A program made the translations under genes and the position numbers. 64,000 nucleotides of DNA, from positions 12,671,950 through 12,735,949 of the forward strand of contig NC_134026.1 in assembly GCF_964204645.1 (NCBI RefSeq). Direction: 5' to 3'. This DNA comes from Tubulanus polymorphus. Taxonomy: Eukaryota > Animalia > Nemertea. Position 1 is the first letter of the stretch. Every line of letters starts with the position of its first letter. Positions 51,133-64,000 of the stretch are shown here, in pieces. The notes beneath the pieces were generated by a model. That model was given only the letters and a program-made list of their open reading frames with translations. It did no database searches and was not told the origin of the DNA.

Positions 51133-54100
51133 TTAACACGTTAGAATTCTTTTCATTATCTCGTTCTCTTTTGTTTCTTCTCTTTTAAATTTTAAGTATT
51201 CATCTAAATTACAACCATAAGCAACTGTATGAATTCCATCATCCAGAATATATCTTTTATCATCAAATGGGTTTAGACTTATCTTCTCTATTTCTTCAAT
51301 AAACATTTCATGATCTTCAGATCTTAAACATCTCATTTTATGTTTTCTAACTTCTTCATTGAATATACAATTGATGTAATCTTTGAAATGAATATTCTCC
51401 TCTACTACACTTTTGGTTATTCCTTTTAACTTTTTAGCTTCATGTTCTTTAGTTTTATATGAATACATTTTAGTTCTAATACCGATGAACTCTATCATTT
51501 CTTCACCACCTAATTCATCCTTAAACTTCCGTGGAACTTTTTTATTATCATTGCTAAACAATTCATGATCTTTAGGATAATTACTGAAATCAAAATGATG
51601 TTTTAATGTTTTTAAATCATCAGTTATGTTATCAGTTTTTATCTTTAATATGTAAGAATCTGTATCAAAATATAGTATTTCTATATGTTTTTCTCCAAAA
51701 AGTGGTTGTAATACATTATAATAGAATTCATACATTAGTAATTTTGATAATTCTAAAACTGATGCTCCAACATAGATTGGTTTATTAAATTTCATTGATG
51801 TTCTTCTCATCTTAACTGCAGCTAAATTTTCATCAAATATTCTGTTACCTAAAAACTTAGAATATGATTGTAAATGTCTAATTCTTTTACCATTACTAAC
51901 TTACTCAATATCATTTCTATTTCTAATATTTTCACAAGTCTTACCATAGAATGCATTGTTCATTAACTTGAAGAAATCTTTTTCGAAATCAGTTTTAGCT
52001 TCAGTTCTCTGTTTGGTGTTGAAATCTATATATTTTTCTAACCACTTAGATTGACTAAATGAAATATATCTATGAGTTACCATTAACTTTTCTGTATGAA
52101 TATGATTTTCAGGTTTAATTCTTTTTTGGTAATTTGATAATTCTTCATGAGTTACAGTTTTATGTTCGGGACAGTAAGCTATATTTCTAGATTTAAATTT
52201 TTTATCTTCAGGATATTCTAAATCTACAACAAAAAAGTAACCAGTATCTGAATCATCTGCAATATCTAGAATTCTTTTCTTCCAATCAAATTTATCATTA
52301 TTTTCATTCTGTAAAACTTCAGTTAATTCAAATACTCCATAAGGTTGTGGTTCCATCATTGCCCAACCATACAAATTATTTGCATCTATATATAATAACT
52401 TATATCCGGGGTTATCATTTACATCGAAATATCTATCCCCTAATACACCTGAAACTCCTCATCTTATAGATTTTTCAAATAATAATAATTGATCTATATT
52501 TGTTAACAAATCCATTTTTATATCTGTAAATTTTAAACCACAATCCCATGTTAAACCAGGTGATGAATAACAATGACATGGATCAATATTGAAATATTTT
52601 AGGTTTACATCTCTAAACCTTTCGAATATATCGGTTAATAATAATACATCTGATTTTAAATATAAATCTACTAATTGTCCATGATTTTCTATTTTGAAAT
52701 GATTCCAAATATTCAATGTTCTATTATATACTTCATCTTTAATATATTCATTTTTTAATTCATCATAGAATTGTTCTTTCAATAATTCAGTTATGTTAAA
52801 ATCATTATGATTTTTATAGAAAGAATATGGAATTGCGCCTTTATATCTCATTAATTGGAAATCATCATTATTTGGGTAGTGTTGCTTTAATATTTTTAAT
52901 TCATCATCAACTAATGATTTTGATAAGTTATCTAATGAACTATTTAAAAATCTATATGAATCTATAAATCTTAGGCAACCAAATTGGAATGATATATAAT
53001 TCTCAGATGTTTTAGCTAACATTCTAAATTTATAAGTTGGTATTTTATCTTTTGATCTATTTGAATTTAATCTTTCTATTTCATTATTAATTTCTTCTAT
53101 TTTATGACATAACTGTTTGATGAATAAATGTGCATCATATCCTGATAGATTATGAAATATAACTGGTACAAAATTAATTTTCTTAGCTTGTAAGTTACAA
53201 TTCTCATGTGCAGCGCCTCTAAACTTTCCGTTCAAATGATCATGGTCTCTTACTTTTTTATCTTTATAATTAAATATCTTTTCACAATAATAACATTTAT
53301 CTGCAGACGCAAATTCTTCTTTATCTTCTTCTGTCATTATAATTTCTATATCTGTATTCAATAATTTACTAAATCTTATTTCATATTCAATTAATAAGTC
53401 ACAAAAATGATTGATAACATTTTCATTTCTATAATTATAATATTCACTTTCAATTAGTTCTGGATAATCAGATTTAATATATAACCCGAAAGCAGCAGCT
53501 GATTGATGAATCTTTTTAATAGTATTTGTTATTGGCGGTTCATCTGAAAAATCATTTTCATTAGAATTTAATTTCTTTCTTTTATAATATATTTCTTTTC
53601 TATCTTGATCAGTTAATTCTTTATTTAATGATTCAAAATCTCCATATATTACAAATGGTACTTTATTTTTGTAATCATATTTTTTGAATTCTTATATTTT
53701 ATCCTTTTCATTTGGTAAAACTAATTAACAATAATCATGATTTTCACATAATTGTTTATGATTTAATAATGTACTTTCATTGCTGAATTTATGTAAACAT
53801 TTTCTACATAGATATATTTTATTATGGTGATCATTTTCTGTTCTAAAGAATAAATCTATTTGTTTAATCCACATATAATGATTCTCATAATATAGTATAT
53901 CTATAACATCATTTGAATCATAATCTTTTGATAGATATAAAGGTTCTAATGTATAATGTTTATGTTGTTACCTTTTGTATTTGGTAATTTGATTAAATCA
54001 AATACATTTATCTTTATATTATTATCTCTCACTATTTTTGGGATGTTTTTAATTATAACAGGATACTTATCTATCTTATAATTATTTTCAAATGGTTTAT

Positions 54101-54972
54101 GATGAGTTAATCTACAAATATTATAAGTTGCAGGATGTAAACAACTTATTATAGCCCATAGAAAACATTTATCATCTTCATTTTGTACATTTATTACAGC
54201 ATTAGTTTTAAATGGTAGTTTAATATAACTCGATGCTTCAATATCTGGTTCTTTATAATATGATACATTATTTTCATCAATTGGTTTTGATTTAGTTAAC
54301 TTATTATATTTTGTGTTATAAACATGTAAAGTCATAAATATTATTTCATCAAATATTAAACCAGATCCTTCAAAATATTTCTCTTCTATTTTAGTTTTTA
54401 CTTCATTATAACATTTATCTAATTTATCATCTATATGTTGTTTAGATATAATATGTTGTGAATGAGAATTTATATTATGTATTGGTTTATCTTCAGATTT
54501 TATGAATTTAACTTTAGAAGATATACTTATTTTAGGATATTCAACATCAGTAATTATTTTTATTATTTCTTTCATATTTTCTAAATGTTTTTTATTTTCT
54601 TCTAATGTTTTTCCTTTATGAAATTTAAACTCGATAGCTGCTGGACCAATATCACTTTATCACGGTTATCTCTATATCTTTTTTATTATCTAATGAATTA
54701 ATATATTTTCTTACATCTTCCATGTATGGTCTTTTATTGTTTAATTTATTTTTTATGCTTTTAATTGTCTTCTGTTTCTTATCATTATCTTTATCAAAAT
54801 AATCTTCACCTAAAATATCATTATTCTTATTTCTAATATGACTTTTAGATTTTAAATGTTCTTTATAATATCTTTTATCACTGAATGATTAATTACATGT
54901 ATCACATTTGTATGTTTCTTTTTCATTCTTTAATTCATCTAATTTAGTTTCTAATATATCATCTTCATACAT
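51133..54972 (-). pseudogene. Protein-primed family B DNA polymerase (pPolB) with N-terminal zinc finger, cysteine-protease-like motif and endonuclease VII insert
   Basis: YIDANNLYGWAM, KLMNNAFYGK, YFDTDS; exonuclease FHNLSGYD and YLKSDV; CYYC...DHDHLNGKFRGAAHENCN; NEDDKCFLWA...ENHYMWIK. In-frame stops at 52459 and 51901, plus frameshifts. Confidence 0.93.
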
Positions 54973-57900
54973 CGACCTTTGATCTGAAAGCCTATTATCC
55001 CTATTACTAACCACCCCTCTTTGCAGGGATGCGGTATGATGTTTGATCTGACAGTTTCAAGTGGTTAATGGCTGATTCAAGTGCTTACAACGATGCTTAT
55101 TACTTCGTGGTACATGGTGGTTTAAAAAAAGATTTCATAATAATACGCTCACCGCGTGGGCTTCGTAGAGAGACCACTACCTGTGACCTTCCCAAATTTT
55201 AATTGTCCTGTCCGATTTGGTTTCATCCAATTGAGAGACTGCCTTTTCACGTTAGGGCATTTTTGGATCACGTCACTCCAGGAAATGGCTTTTGTGCCCC
55301 TTCGTCGGTTCCACATGTTTCATTTGAGCTATAGACCACAATGGTGACACCATGATGGTCAGTAACTGACCAATTGATATATCCCCGAGTCTGAACACTT
55401 GACTTCGAATTTCGGAAATTTATCATGTAATGTTTGTTTTCAAACAACTAAGGAATCATCATTGCAAATTCATCACTGACCATCACTGACCACCACTGAC
55501 CAATTGAAACTTCTTGAAAGAACGATATACCGGTACCGCATTTGGTGTGAAACTAGAAAGGATTCGCCATTAAAATTCATAAATTGACCATCACTGACCA
55601 CCACTGCCCAAGTGAAACTTCTCAAATATCGTGGTCGAATTCGAAAGTGCTTGTCGTCGTATTGCTATTTCTAGAAACCAGCAGAAAGTTTTTCAACTGT
55701 TTTTGAATGGCGTTGACATGATGGAAATTTATTACCCATAAATGGGTTACACATCTGGATCGCAGCACCTCACTTGCCGCAGTGCGTTATTTTCACTGCA
55801 TAGTAATGCTAATACATAAACTTTTTTACTACTTGACTCGTATCATCTGAACAGTACTGCGTTTGAAAACTCAACGAATAGAAAATGTTTGCGGGAAGCG
55901 CCTACAAATAAGTTATAATAAGATTAATTAATCGATGCATGAAAAACAATTAAATCACAAGGTGACTAACACCCGTCTTTTAACCAATCTGTGCGATACC
56001 AATTAATTAAATCATTAAACGCATTGGGTTCCTAATATTTGAAATCATGTGATACAATAGTTGTTCTTTAGACTTGGCCACTTTCATTTCAGACAACCGC
56101 GTACTAGACCAGTGGTCACCGAGGCATTAACCATACCTTCAAGTTTTGAAAATTCGATGGTAACGCGGATTCTTCGCCTCTAAAAACTGTTTCGTTAATA
56201 GTTTTCTTTATATGAAAAGTGTTCATAGGAATTGAAATTTGGAGTGATATCAGTTACAGCTGTAACCCTTTATCATTGTCAGTTCTTTTTTGGAATTCTA
56301 GTAGATTAGTGAAAATATCAATGATGAAGTTCACTTATTATATCAAGTACCGTTTTTACTGTCGCATGCGAGTCGAAACAAAAATATCTATCCAACTGCA
56401 TATCTTCGGGTATAAACTGTGATATCCTTCAGTATGTTATGAATATCTTTAAAAATTTGTGTTCTAGTATAATACCCGAAGGTTAAACTATCGGACACAT
56501 AAAAGATTCGCCATAATCAAAGTTTTTAAGAAAATCTTTCTTCGAGAAAGAAAGATCTTTAAAAGAAGGATTGGCGTCAAACTAATCCATAATGGACTGT
56601 TGTGAATTTATTGAATAATCCACCTGAGAAATTTCGGTACTCGAAAAACGCCTATTCATATAAATCAAAAATGCATGAATAACTTGACGTTATTTGCGGG
56701 TCTCATGAAACACTTTCGTGCGCTCTTTTTAAATCTAAAATAGCATAAATACATGCGTGTTTCGTTATAAACAAGGTTAAATTCCAAACGCACATGAAAT
56801 ATGGAGCCTGTATCACACGATATACACATCTTGAATTTTCTCTAACTACCTCGGCCTTTTCCAATTGGGAATGGTTCAGTTTTTTAACGGCCGACATTCA
56901 GAGGCACCTAAAAAACCGGTTGTATAGCACTTGAGATTTTCAGTGTAGGGCACATCTCACATCGACTCGGCTCGCGGTCGGTGGTTTAATGGGAACACAT
57001 CTGGTTGCTACTAGTTTAACAGTTGACGAATTCAGAAAACTTTTTTCAAATGTCTTTGATAACTTTTTAAACATAGTATTCTTCTTAATTACATTTCGCT
57101 GATTCCATAGATATTTTTTCATGAAAATTGCTCCAGTTATAACGGATTTAAACATACATGTAAAATGATTATTTTCAAAATATTCAATTTTCTCCGATTT
57201 TGAAGAAATTCTGACACAATATCATCTCCACTCGACACATGATTTTACTTCGGCGCCTTTGAAGGGAGTGTCACTTGTTGTTGAGTTCATATTTAGTCAA
57301 ACAAGAAGATATGCCTGATTCCTTTTTAGAATTTAGATTTCAACGGATATCATCAAATTACTAGAAAGGGACAGCAGCTTTCGGTCATCCGCAAAAAATA
57401 CCTAAAATGCTCTCCTAGGGTTATGGAAAAACATGTCACGAAACATACGGAAAATCCTTTGTTTGGTAGACTGAAATTATTGAACTCTTAAATAGCAACA
57501 TTCAGAGAAACAAAAACATAAGAATATATTCTCGCCCACCCTTTAAAAAAACAACGTGATTTCAATTGAAGATGACACGTAGCCTCATATCAAATGATAT
57601 AAACGCATCAGAGCCTATATATTCATTCTCTTTACGAGGATGGGTCTCCACATTCATAGGATACGATACGAGATTCGTGGGTACGAATGATGAATACAAC
57701 TGATAAAGCGCCAATTTCACTGATTCTTGCACATAAAGGTGTTTTAGAGTAATCTAGTTAACAGGTGTGTTTTAGGAGTATTTTGAATTTAAATTCAAAA
57801 CGGGGTTCATGACGAATATTGAGCATTCTAGGGCTGGAGCAAGAAACGTGTGGGATCGTCCGCCAATGGTATCGTCAAAGAAATAATAAGGAGCCAGTCC

Positions 57901-60524
57901 GTGGTGGCTATTGAAAGCGACGACCGCATGTGAATGCATTGATTGAATGACATCTCAAAAGTCAGATTATATAAAATTGAACATGATATAAGGATAGGTT
58001 ATTCCATATATACTGGTAAAAATGATGCCCAATATGTGATATAAATGTTCAATTAAAAAGTAGAAACCGAATCCATAATTCAGTCTGGTATTGTTATAAC
58101 ACCAAACACTCAAATTTAATCCTTTGTTAGATTGGTAGCCAGTGTAGATGAGCAAGAATAGTGGTCCCTAATTTTAATGTGGACTGTTCAACAAGTTGGA
58201 GTTTGTGTAGAGATGAATGAGTTTAAAATGGAGTGGAATTTAGATAATACTGTTTGAATGTCTATTACTCAATCTTTTTATTGATCATAAAAAATTGTGG
58301 TAAAATATTTGACTCTAGGGTTGGTTTTAGATTGTATCTCTCCACGCCAGAGGTAATCACGGATATTGGACTACACAAAATTCCTGGTGTACAGCTCAAC
58401 TTTTTAAATCCCTGGAAAATCTCGCCACGGATATATCTCAGTAATGATTAATTTTCCCACAAATTCTCCCCTTCGAAAAACCTAAACAACCAATATACGC
58501 TTGCTCTAAGTTTGCCAATGCACTATTGTGACCTTTTCTAGCTATTTGCACTAGCTGTTTGTCGCAAATAGATTGCATCCTCTATTACAGGAGTAAAGGA
58601 TATAGCTCTGGGACCCGTTTCTCAAAAGATAGTTTAAATTAACCATCATCCAATATGATACATGACTAAATACACTGAAAAAGATCAACTATGTACACAT
58701 TTCAAATTTCAAACCATGTTTTATCATTAGAAAATTACGACACAACGTTCGATCTCTCACTAGAGATAATCTTTTTGAATTTGTACACTGAGTTTTCGTA
58801 TCGTATTATCGTATTTTCAATTCTCTGCTTTTGAGTCAACAAGTACAAAGTTATTTTAGCAATGAAAATTTAATTGTCATTATAAATGTTAACTATCCGC
58901 TGGTAAACTTACTAACTTTTGGCAACTGACCTTAGATCGTGGAATGGTCTCAGGTGGCCTGCTGATCCACTCTTTATTTATACTACTAAAGAAATATACA
59001 GTATAAGACGTAAAAAGTATATGAACATATTATTTATCTTTATATCGCGATAATTCGTGTACGTATGATTGAAAAACGATATTCTATCGAATCTCATGGT
59101 ACTTATGATTATTGTGTATAGAATCAATAATTAGCAACCCTCCACGGATACGAAGCAGCCTAAGTTTACATCCTACCAAAATTATCCTCGAAACTCTCAG
59201 CATTATTTCAAGGGTCGGTCTTAGAAAATATATGAAGGACGTGCTCACAGGTTAACGAGGCCAAAAATCTTCCCCAAAATTTCAAATTTTTACAAGCAAA
59301 GATAATATACTTCATGCTTTTGGTACAGAAAAAAATACATGTCCACAAAATGCAAATTGTGTTATCAAAGTAAACGATTGAGTGTGGAATTGTTTCGAAT
59401 TCAATGTTTTCCCATTAACATTCCGGTATTTTTCAATAAGATAAGTCAAACTATTGTTGTGATGGCCAGTTGAATACTTCATCATTATATTAAAAGATAT
59501 GTTAGACTTAATGCATCTTTTCTTAGGCCTTACAGCTTTCTCTATTGGTTAGCGTTGTGATCACTCAAAATTAACCATAAGTTATTCTCACTGATCTACT
59601 ACATCTCTATAACAAAAATATATTTCATATCAGGCAATTAGCTTTGATCTGTGGTCAGTGGACAGCAGCTACGAAACATTTAAAACTACTACATTATCAT
59701 TCCATCTATTCATGTATATATAATATGATATGATATCTTCTTTGTTCAGTTTAAAAGTCTTGATCGTAAAAGTTTGACAAGTTTCGCATGTTGGTACGGA
59801 TACGCACGTTCACGCGAGTGAAATGTGCACGTTACAGGCCCAAATGCGCACGTTACAATTACAAATGGAAACGTTGTTCGTTCAGAACCCTACGTAAAAA
59901 TCTTATGCATTTTAGCGGAATTTCAAAGTTAGCTCGCTACCTACAACAAAAATCGGACAAGACTTTTTCAAGCGACAAATTTAAATGTAAGAGCTAGTAG
60001 TACTAACGAAGGATTCACTAAACATATAAATTACTTATGGGGGTTCTGGTTAGCACTGGTAACTGGTCTGTACTGGTCAAGCATTGGTCAGTTACACAAT
60101 TTTTAGATTAATGCCCACATCATATCTAGTTATTTGACACCAAACAACTTAATTGTTTGCAAACAAATAATTTACTATATGGTCAGTACTGGTCATGCAT
60201 TGGTCAGTTAAAAGACCATAGTCCACGCCACATTTGATACCAAACATGATTGGATTGTTTCGTTTCGAAAATTTATCTGTTGGGCAATTTGTGGTCAGCC
60301 CTGGTTCGTTAGGTTCTTATTTTGCGGGCATTTTATCTCGAACCACCGAAAGACCGAATCAAAATTAATTCACCAGATCGATAATTGCTGAAAATGAAGA
60401 TTAGTGTTTAACTAATAGACCTTGTCTGAACAAAATGTCTCTGGTATGGGTCCTATGGAATCATGTCCTTAACTGTACACCGAACTGTATCTTTGTACTG
60501 TATCTTTTTATGTTCACTACTACT

Positions 60525-61369
60525 CAGGGGCGGATCCAGGGGGATGGGTAGACAGTATTGGAAGGAAATTTAAGGGCACCTTTCTGATCTTAGGGCAACC
60601 CAGTATCCAGGTCAATGCGAGCGCCGAAGGCGCGAAGTCCTTAGAGGGGGTCTGGGGGCCCACCCCCATAAAATTTTGAAAATATGGTACCATTTAAAGG
60701 CTTTTAGAGGGCTTCTAGAGGCTAGCAGAGCAATCCAGAATAAACGAATTCGAGACAAGATTTCAACACATGCGGATAAAAAATGAAGCTGGCGAACCCA
60801 TGAAAGAATGGTTGTCGCCAACTTCGCCTAGTGCCCCTATAATCTTTAAAAGTGCCCCTTAACAATTATACAGAATACGGCTAAGTGCCCCTTCATTGTT
60901 AACAATCGGCAAAAATTGCCTCGTCTTCACATTTATCCTTATGTCGTGTGCCATCTTCCAAACCGAAATTGCCCCTAAAATTTTAAAAATTAGGCAAAAA
61001 AGTGCCCTTTTCTTCAACATTTTCCGCGTATAGTGCCCTCTTCTAAAGTACGAGTGCCCCTTAAGCCCTCCCTGAAAAGGCAAGGAAGGACAAGGTGCCC
61101 TCATCTAAAGCATGAGTGCCCCTTGCAAAAGGAAAGTGCCCTTTTTAATTTATCATGATTAAAGGCTTTACAAATATGATTATCTCTCCTCACTTTCTTG
61201 GCAGCAGTATATACCGATTAATTTCATAATTATGCCCGGATTACGGACACGGAATTAGCGGTTGTTGAGATAATGCCGTCAAAAATATTGCCGGTGAAAT
61301 TTCGAAGGGCACTTAAAAATTCTAGACCGTATTGGGCAATACGGCTAATACGGTCTGGATCCGCCCCTG
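60525..61369. mobile_element. hAT-like MITE inserted in the candidate LTR
   Basis: TIRs caggggcggatccag and ctggatccgcccctg; multiple internal gtgccc motifs; TSD not clean. Confidence 0.65.
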
Positions 61370-61723
61370 ACTACCGTAATTGACTATGATGTTTTCAAGT
61401 GGTCTTAAGTAGCGCTAATAGCCGAAAGTCGTTGATTTATGTGAAATTTATATACAGCGCCACCCGTTGATAGTAAAACTAACCCGAGCAATACGGGTGT
61501 TAAATAGATACGCTAGCAAACCGGCATTCTCATAATTTTTCGCCACAACACCCCCTCCCAGCCTCCAACCTCTCCAGGCGGAGGCGATAATAAGCGAAAA
61601 TCGGATGTGGTGTCGTCTTACTCTTAGATATTGAATACTTTCCGGTCGATCAAACACAGCGCGCACGATACTGATTCACCACTGAATTCATAGATTTCGA
61701 CGTCACCGGCCGCGTTAGGGTGG

Positions 61724-62665
61724 CTATGTAACATCCTGAACGCCGTAGGTCGCGTCACCTCCACCTGTCGTACAAACTCCGGAGTTGGCCACTGTCTTAA
61801 ATCTCGACGATTCGATGACGCACTGATTGCATATTACTCTGTCGCACGGTGACCCAAAATACCTATACGCACTGCGACCAGGAACAGGATGACAGTGCAG
61901 AAGGACCAACTGCTCGCACAATGCTAGACTCTCGTTGGCCTGACCACTCACTGATGACTCATGGACAACGACGTCTTCCGGCTTCGACGTATCTCTTGCT
62001 ATCTCTGATGGCTCGGTCGACGGTTCCTCGGCAATTACCGGCAGCGACTCTGCAGACGACTTAGCGACGGATGTCGGAGACTGTATTGCTGACGTCTTTA
62101 CACTAGTGGGCGGTTCGGTCGGTAGGCTATCGACGACGGTTGATAGTTTAACGCTTGCGACAGTCGGTGGATCATCGCTGAGGACGGGTGGAAGCTTCTC
62201 CGTTATTGAAGGTGGAAAAACTTCCTCCATGGTGCCCGACATCTCTCTCATAATTCGGGTGACGACGTCGGAGGCCGATCACCCTTCCGATTGACAGTTG
62301 GCGGGAGTGACCTCCATTGCCTGTTCTCTCGTCGAAGTTGCGGCCGGTTCGGGCGTCGACTTGCTCATCTTCTTCTAGTATTTCTTTTGACTCTGTTCTT
62401 CGCGTTTAAACTTTCTCTTGCCGGATACCGCGGTGACCGTAGACGTGACGTTCGACTCGGACAAGACTTGTGCTGGCGGGTCTCGGTCCCACGAGTCTTC
62501 CGCAACTTCGAGAATGCGCACTCTTTCCTCATGGTACTTGACGTGCCTGCGAGCCTTCAGCTTAGTGGCGAACTGCTTCCCACATTTCTCGCATTCGAAA
62601 ACCTTTCCCTCGCGGGTCCGGCCTTTGCAATACCGATTGTGCGCGTGGACGTTTTCTTTGTCCAC
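61724..62665 (-). pseudogene. Gypsy accessory ORF: C2H2 zinc finger, Ser/Thr/Pro-rich linker, Cys/His-rich C-terminus
   Basis: FECEKCGKQFATKLKARRHVKYH. ORFs 62375-62665 and 61724-62251 share a frame and are separated by two stops. Confidence 0.6.
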
Positions 62666-64000
62666 TCTTCGCGCACAGTAGATACATTTAACTTTAGCTG
62701 ATTTATCCCTACAAAATAAAACGGATAAAAACCATGAAGATTAATAATGTAGGCGACGCCTGGGCTAGCACCTGTCGCCATATCTATCAGGTGGTCTCGA
62801 TGTACGCCCGAAAAATGTGGTTCTAAAATCTCTGAATAGTTGGGAGTCCTCAGGTCAGTTGCGGTTAGCTCAAGGTAAGGTTTCAGTCGGTCGAAATGCA
62901 CGGTCATACGCTTGTTCGAATTAGGAAGCACTATAGTATAGACTACGTCGTTTATTATCTTGAAAATCTCGCATGGTCCTAAATCCGGTCGAATCATGTG
63001 TCGACGCTCGGTACGCCATCGTTAAGAATGGTAGCTGCTCGTCCCAGTCGTCCTGGTTTTTATTCACAAGCATGGCGAGCCCGTTCAACAGGGTGCGATT
63101 ATACCGCTCGACTAGTCCATCAGACTGCGGATGGTAGGCAGTAGTTCTAGTCTTAGGCCTACGCATTTCTAGCATGCCGCAAATTTCAGTCATTAGTTTT
63201 GACTGGAAATTAGACCATTGATCGGAGTGAAATTGTCTTGCTACTCCAAACCTACTTATAAATTCTCGGACGAGTGTTGCTGCTACAGTCTTGGCTTCCT
63301 GATTAGGTAGAGGATAGGCCTCTACCCAACGAGTAAAATAATCGGAGACAACTAAAATTACTGTGTTCCCGGCTTTCGTTTCGGGTAGCGGCCCCAAAAT
63401 ATCTAAAGCTATTCTTTCCATAGGTAGTCCGATGCGATAGTCTTTAAGTTTTGCTTTATTACTTCTAGGTGGACTCTTCCTGGTGGCACATAGGTCGCAC
63501 ACCAGAGTTTGACATCGTCCCGAATTTCCGGCCAGAAATATCTTTTATGAATACTAGTGAGGGTCTTCTTGTAGCCAAAATGTCCAGCGGTTCTAGAGGC
63601 GTGAATCTCGATGAATACTTCGTGACGGTAAGTTTTAGGCAAACCTAACAACGTGGACGGTTCTAACCCTTGTCTTTCCTTGGTGATATACAGTACGCCG
63701 TCGACCAATCTTAATGGTTCCCACCGGGTTGCTAGAAATTTGCTGGTAGCGCCCTCACTCGCCACATCCTGCCAGCCTGGTCGGTTTTGGGACTTATACC
63801 GCTCTACAATCCATCTCAGATCAGGGTCGTTTGCTCGTGCTTGGCCTAGTTCTGTCGGCGACCATTTTGGCGCGCATGATAATTCAGTGGAACAGTCTCT
63901 GATAGCTCTCACCCGCTTGACGTGGCTGCATGGACTCTCGATTGTCTCATATCTCTCAGAGGCCCTTAAGCAATGCTGACATTCCCTACGACTCAGAGCA

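Larger units (their letters stand above)
35038..55008 (-). mobile_element. Polinton/Maverick (adintovirus-like) endogenous virus, decayed, with a nested Gypsy
   Basis: AGT...ACT termini, perfect 37-bp TIR (35038-35074 and 54972-55008), 6-bp TSD AACCAC (35032-35037 and 55009-55014). Contains pPolB, rve integrase, MCP and mCP genes, all minus-strand, intronless and very AT-rich. Confidence 0.95.
60290..64000 (-). mobile_element. 3' part of a Ty3/Gypsy element: integrase, extra zinc-finger ORF, PPT and probable 3' LTR
   Basis: HHCC (HASRTAGHFG...CDLC), IALDILGP, HSDQ, YHPQSDGLVERYN. PPT GGAGGCTGGGAGGGGG at 61551-61566; candidate LTR TGTGG...CCACA at 60290-61547, split by a MITE. Confidence 0.85.

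Noticed and set aside
41188-54972. Contaminating viral or bacterial contig, suggested by extreme AT content and gene density
   Set aside because: Matching TIRs with a 6-bp TSD, a nested Gypsy and many inactivating mutations indicate real integration.

Overview
Repeat-rich eukaryotic DNA, probably from an invertebrate animal; the species cannot be determined from sequence alone. The one host gene is a minus-strand CNNM/CorB-family Mg2+ transporter. Its exons 1-3 (32055-33420, 15437-15580, 11541-11672) have GT-AG junctions and compatible phases, and its introns are full of transposons. These include several copies of a Helentron-associated (HINE/DINE-1-like) element with 154-bp tandem repeats that each carry a CTCF-consensus motif, plus piggyBac, pogo, LINE and Ty3/Gypsy remnants. 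Upstream of the gene lie a MULE-like MITE with a 9-bp TSD, 56 bp from the ATG, and a 20-kb Polinton/Maverick endogenous virus (35038-55008; AGT...ACT ends, 6-bp TSD AACCAC). The Polinton has decayed pPolB, major and minor capsid and integrase genes, an intact HNH nuclease and several membrane proteins. A chromodomain Gypsy element lacking its integrase core has inserted into the Polinton integrase. A third Gypsy element with an extra C2H2 zinc-finger ORF ends the window. Strongest leads: (1) a fixed-spacing AATTTTTT-N-TAAATG motif before seven consecutive Polinton genes, resembling poxvirus late promoters and suggesting helper-virus-dependent transcription; (2) a 189-nt terminal fold-back hairpin on the Polinton; (3) transposon-borne CTCF/YY1 motif arrays.
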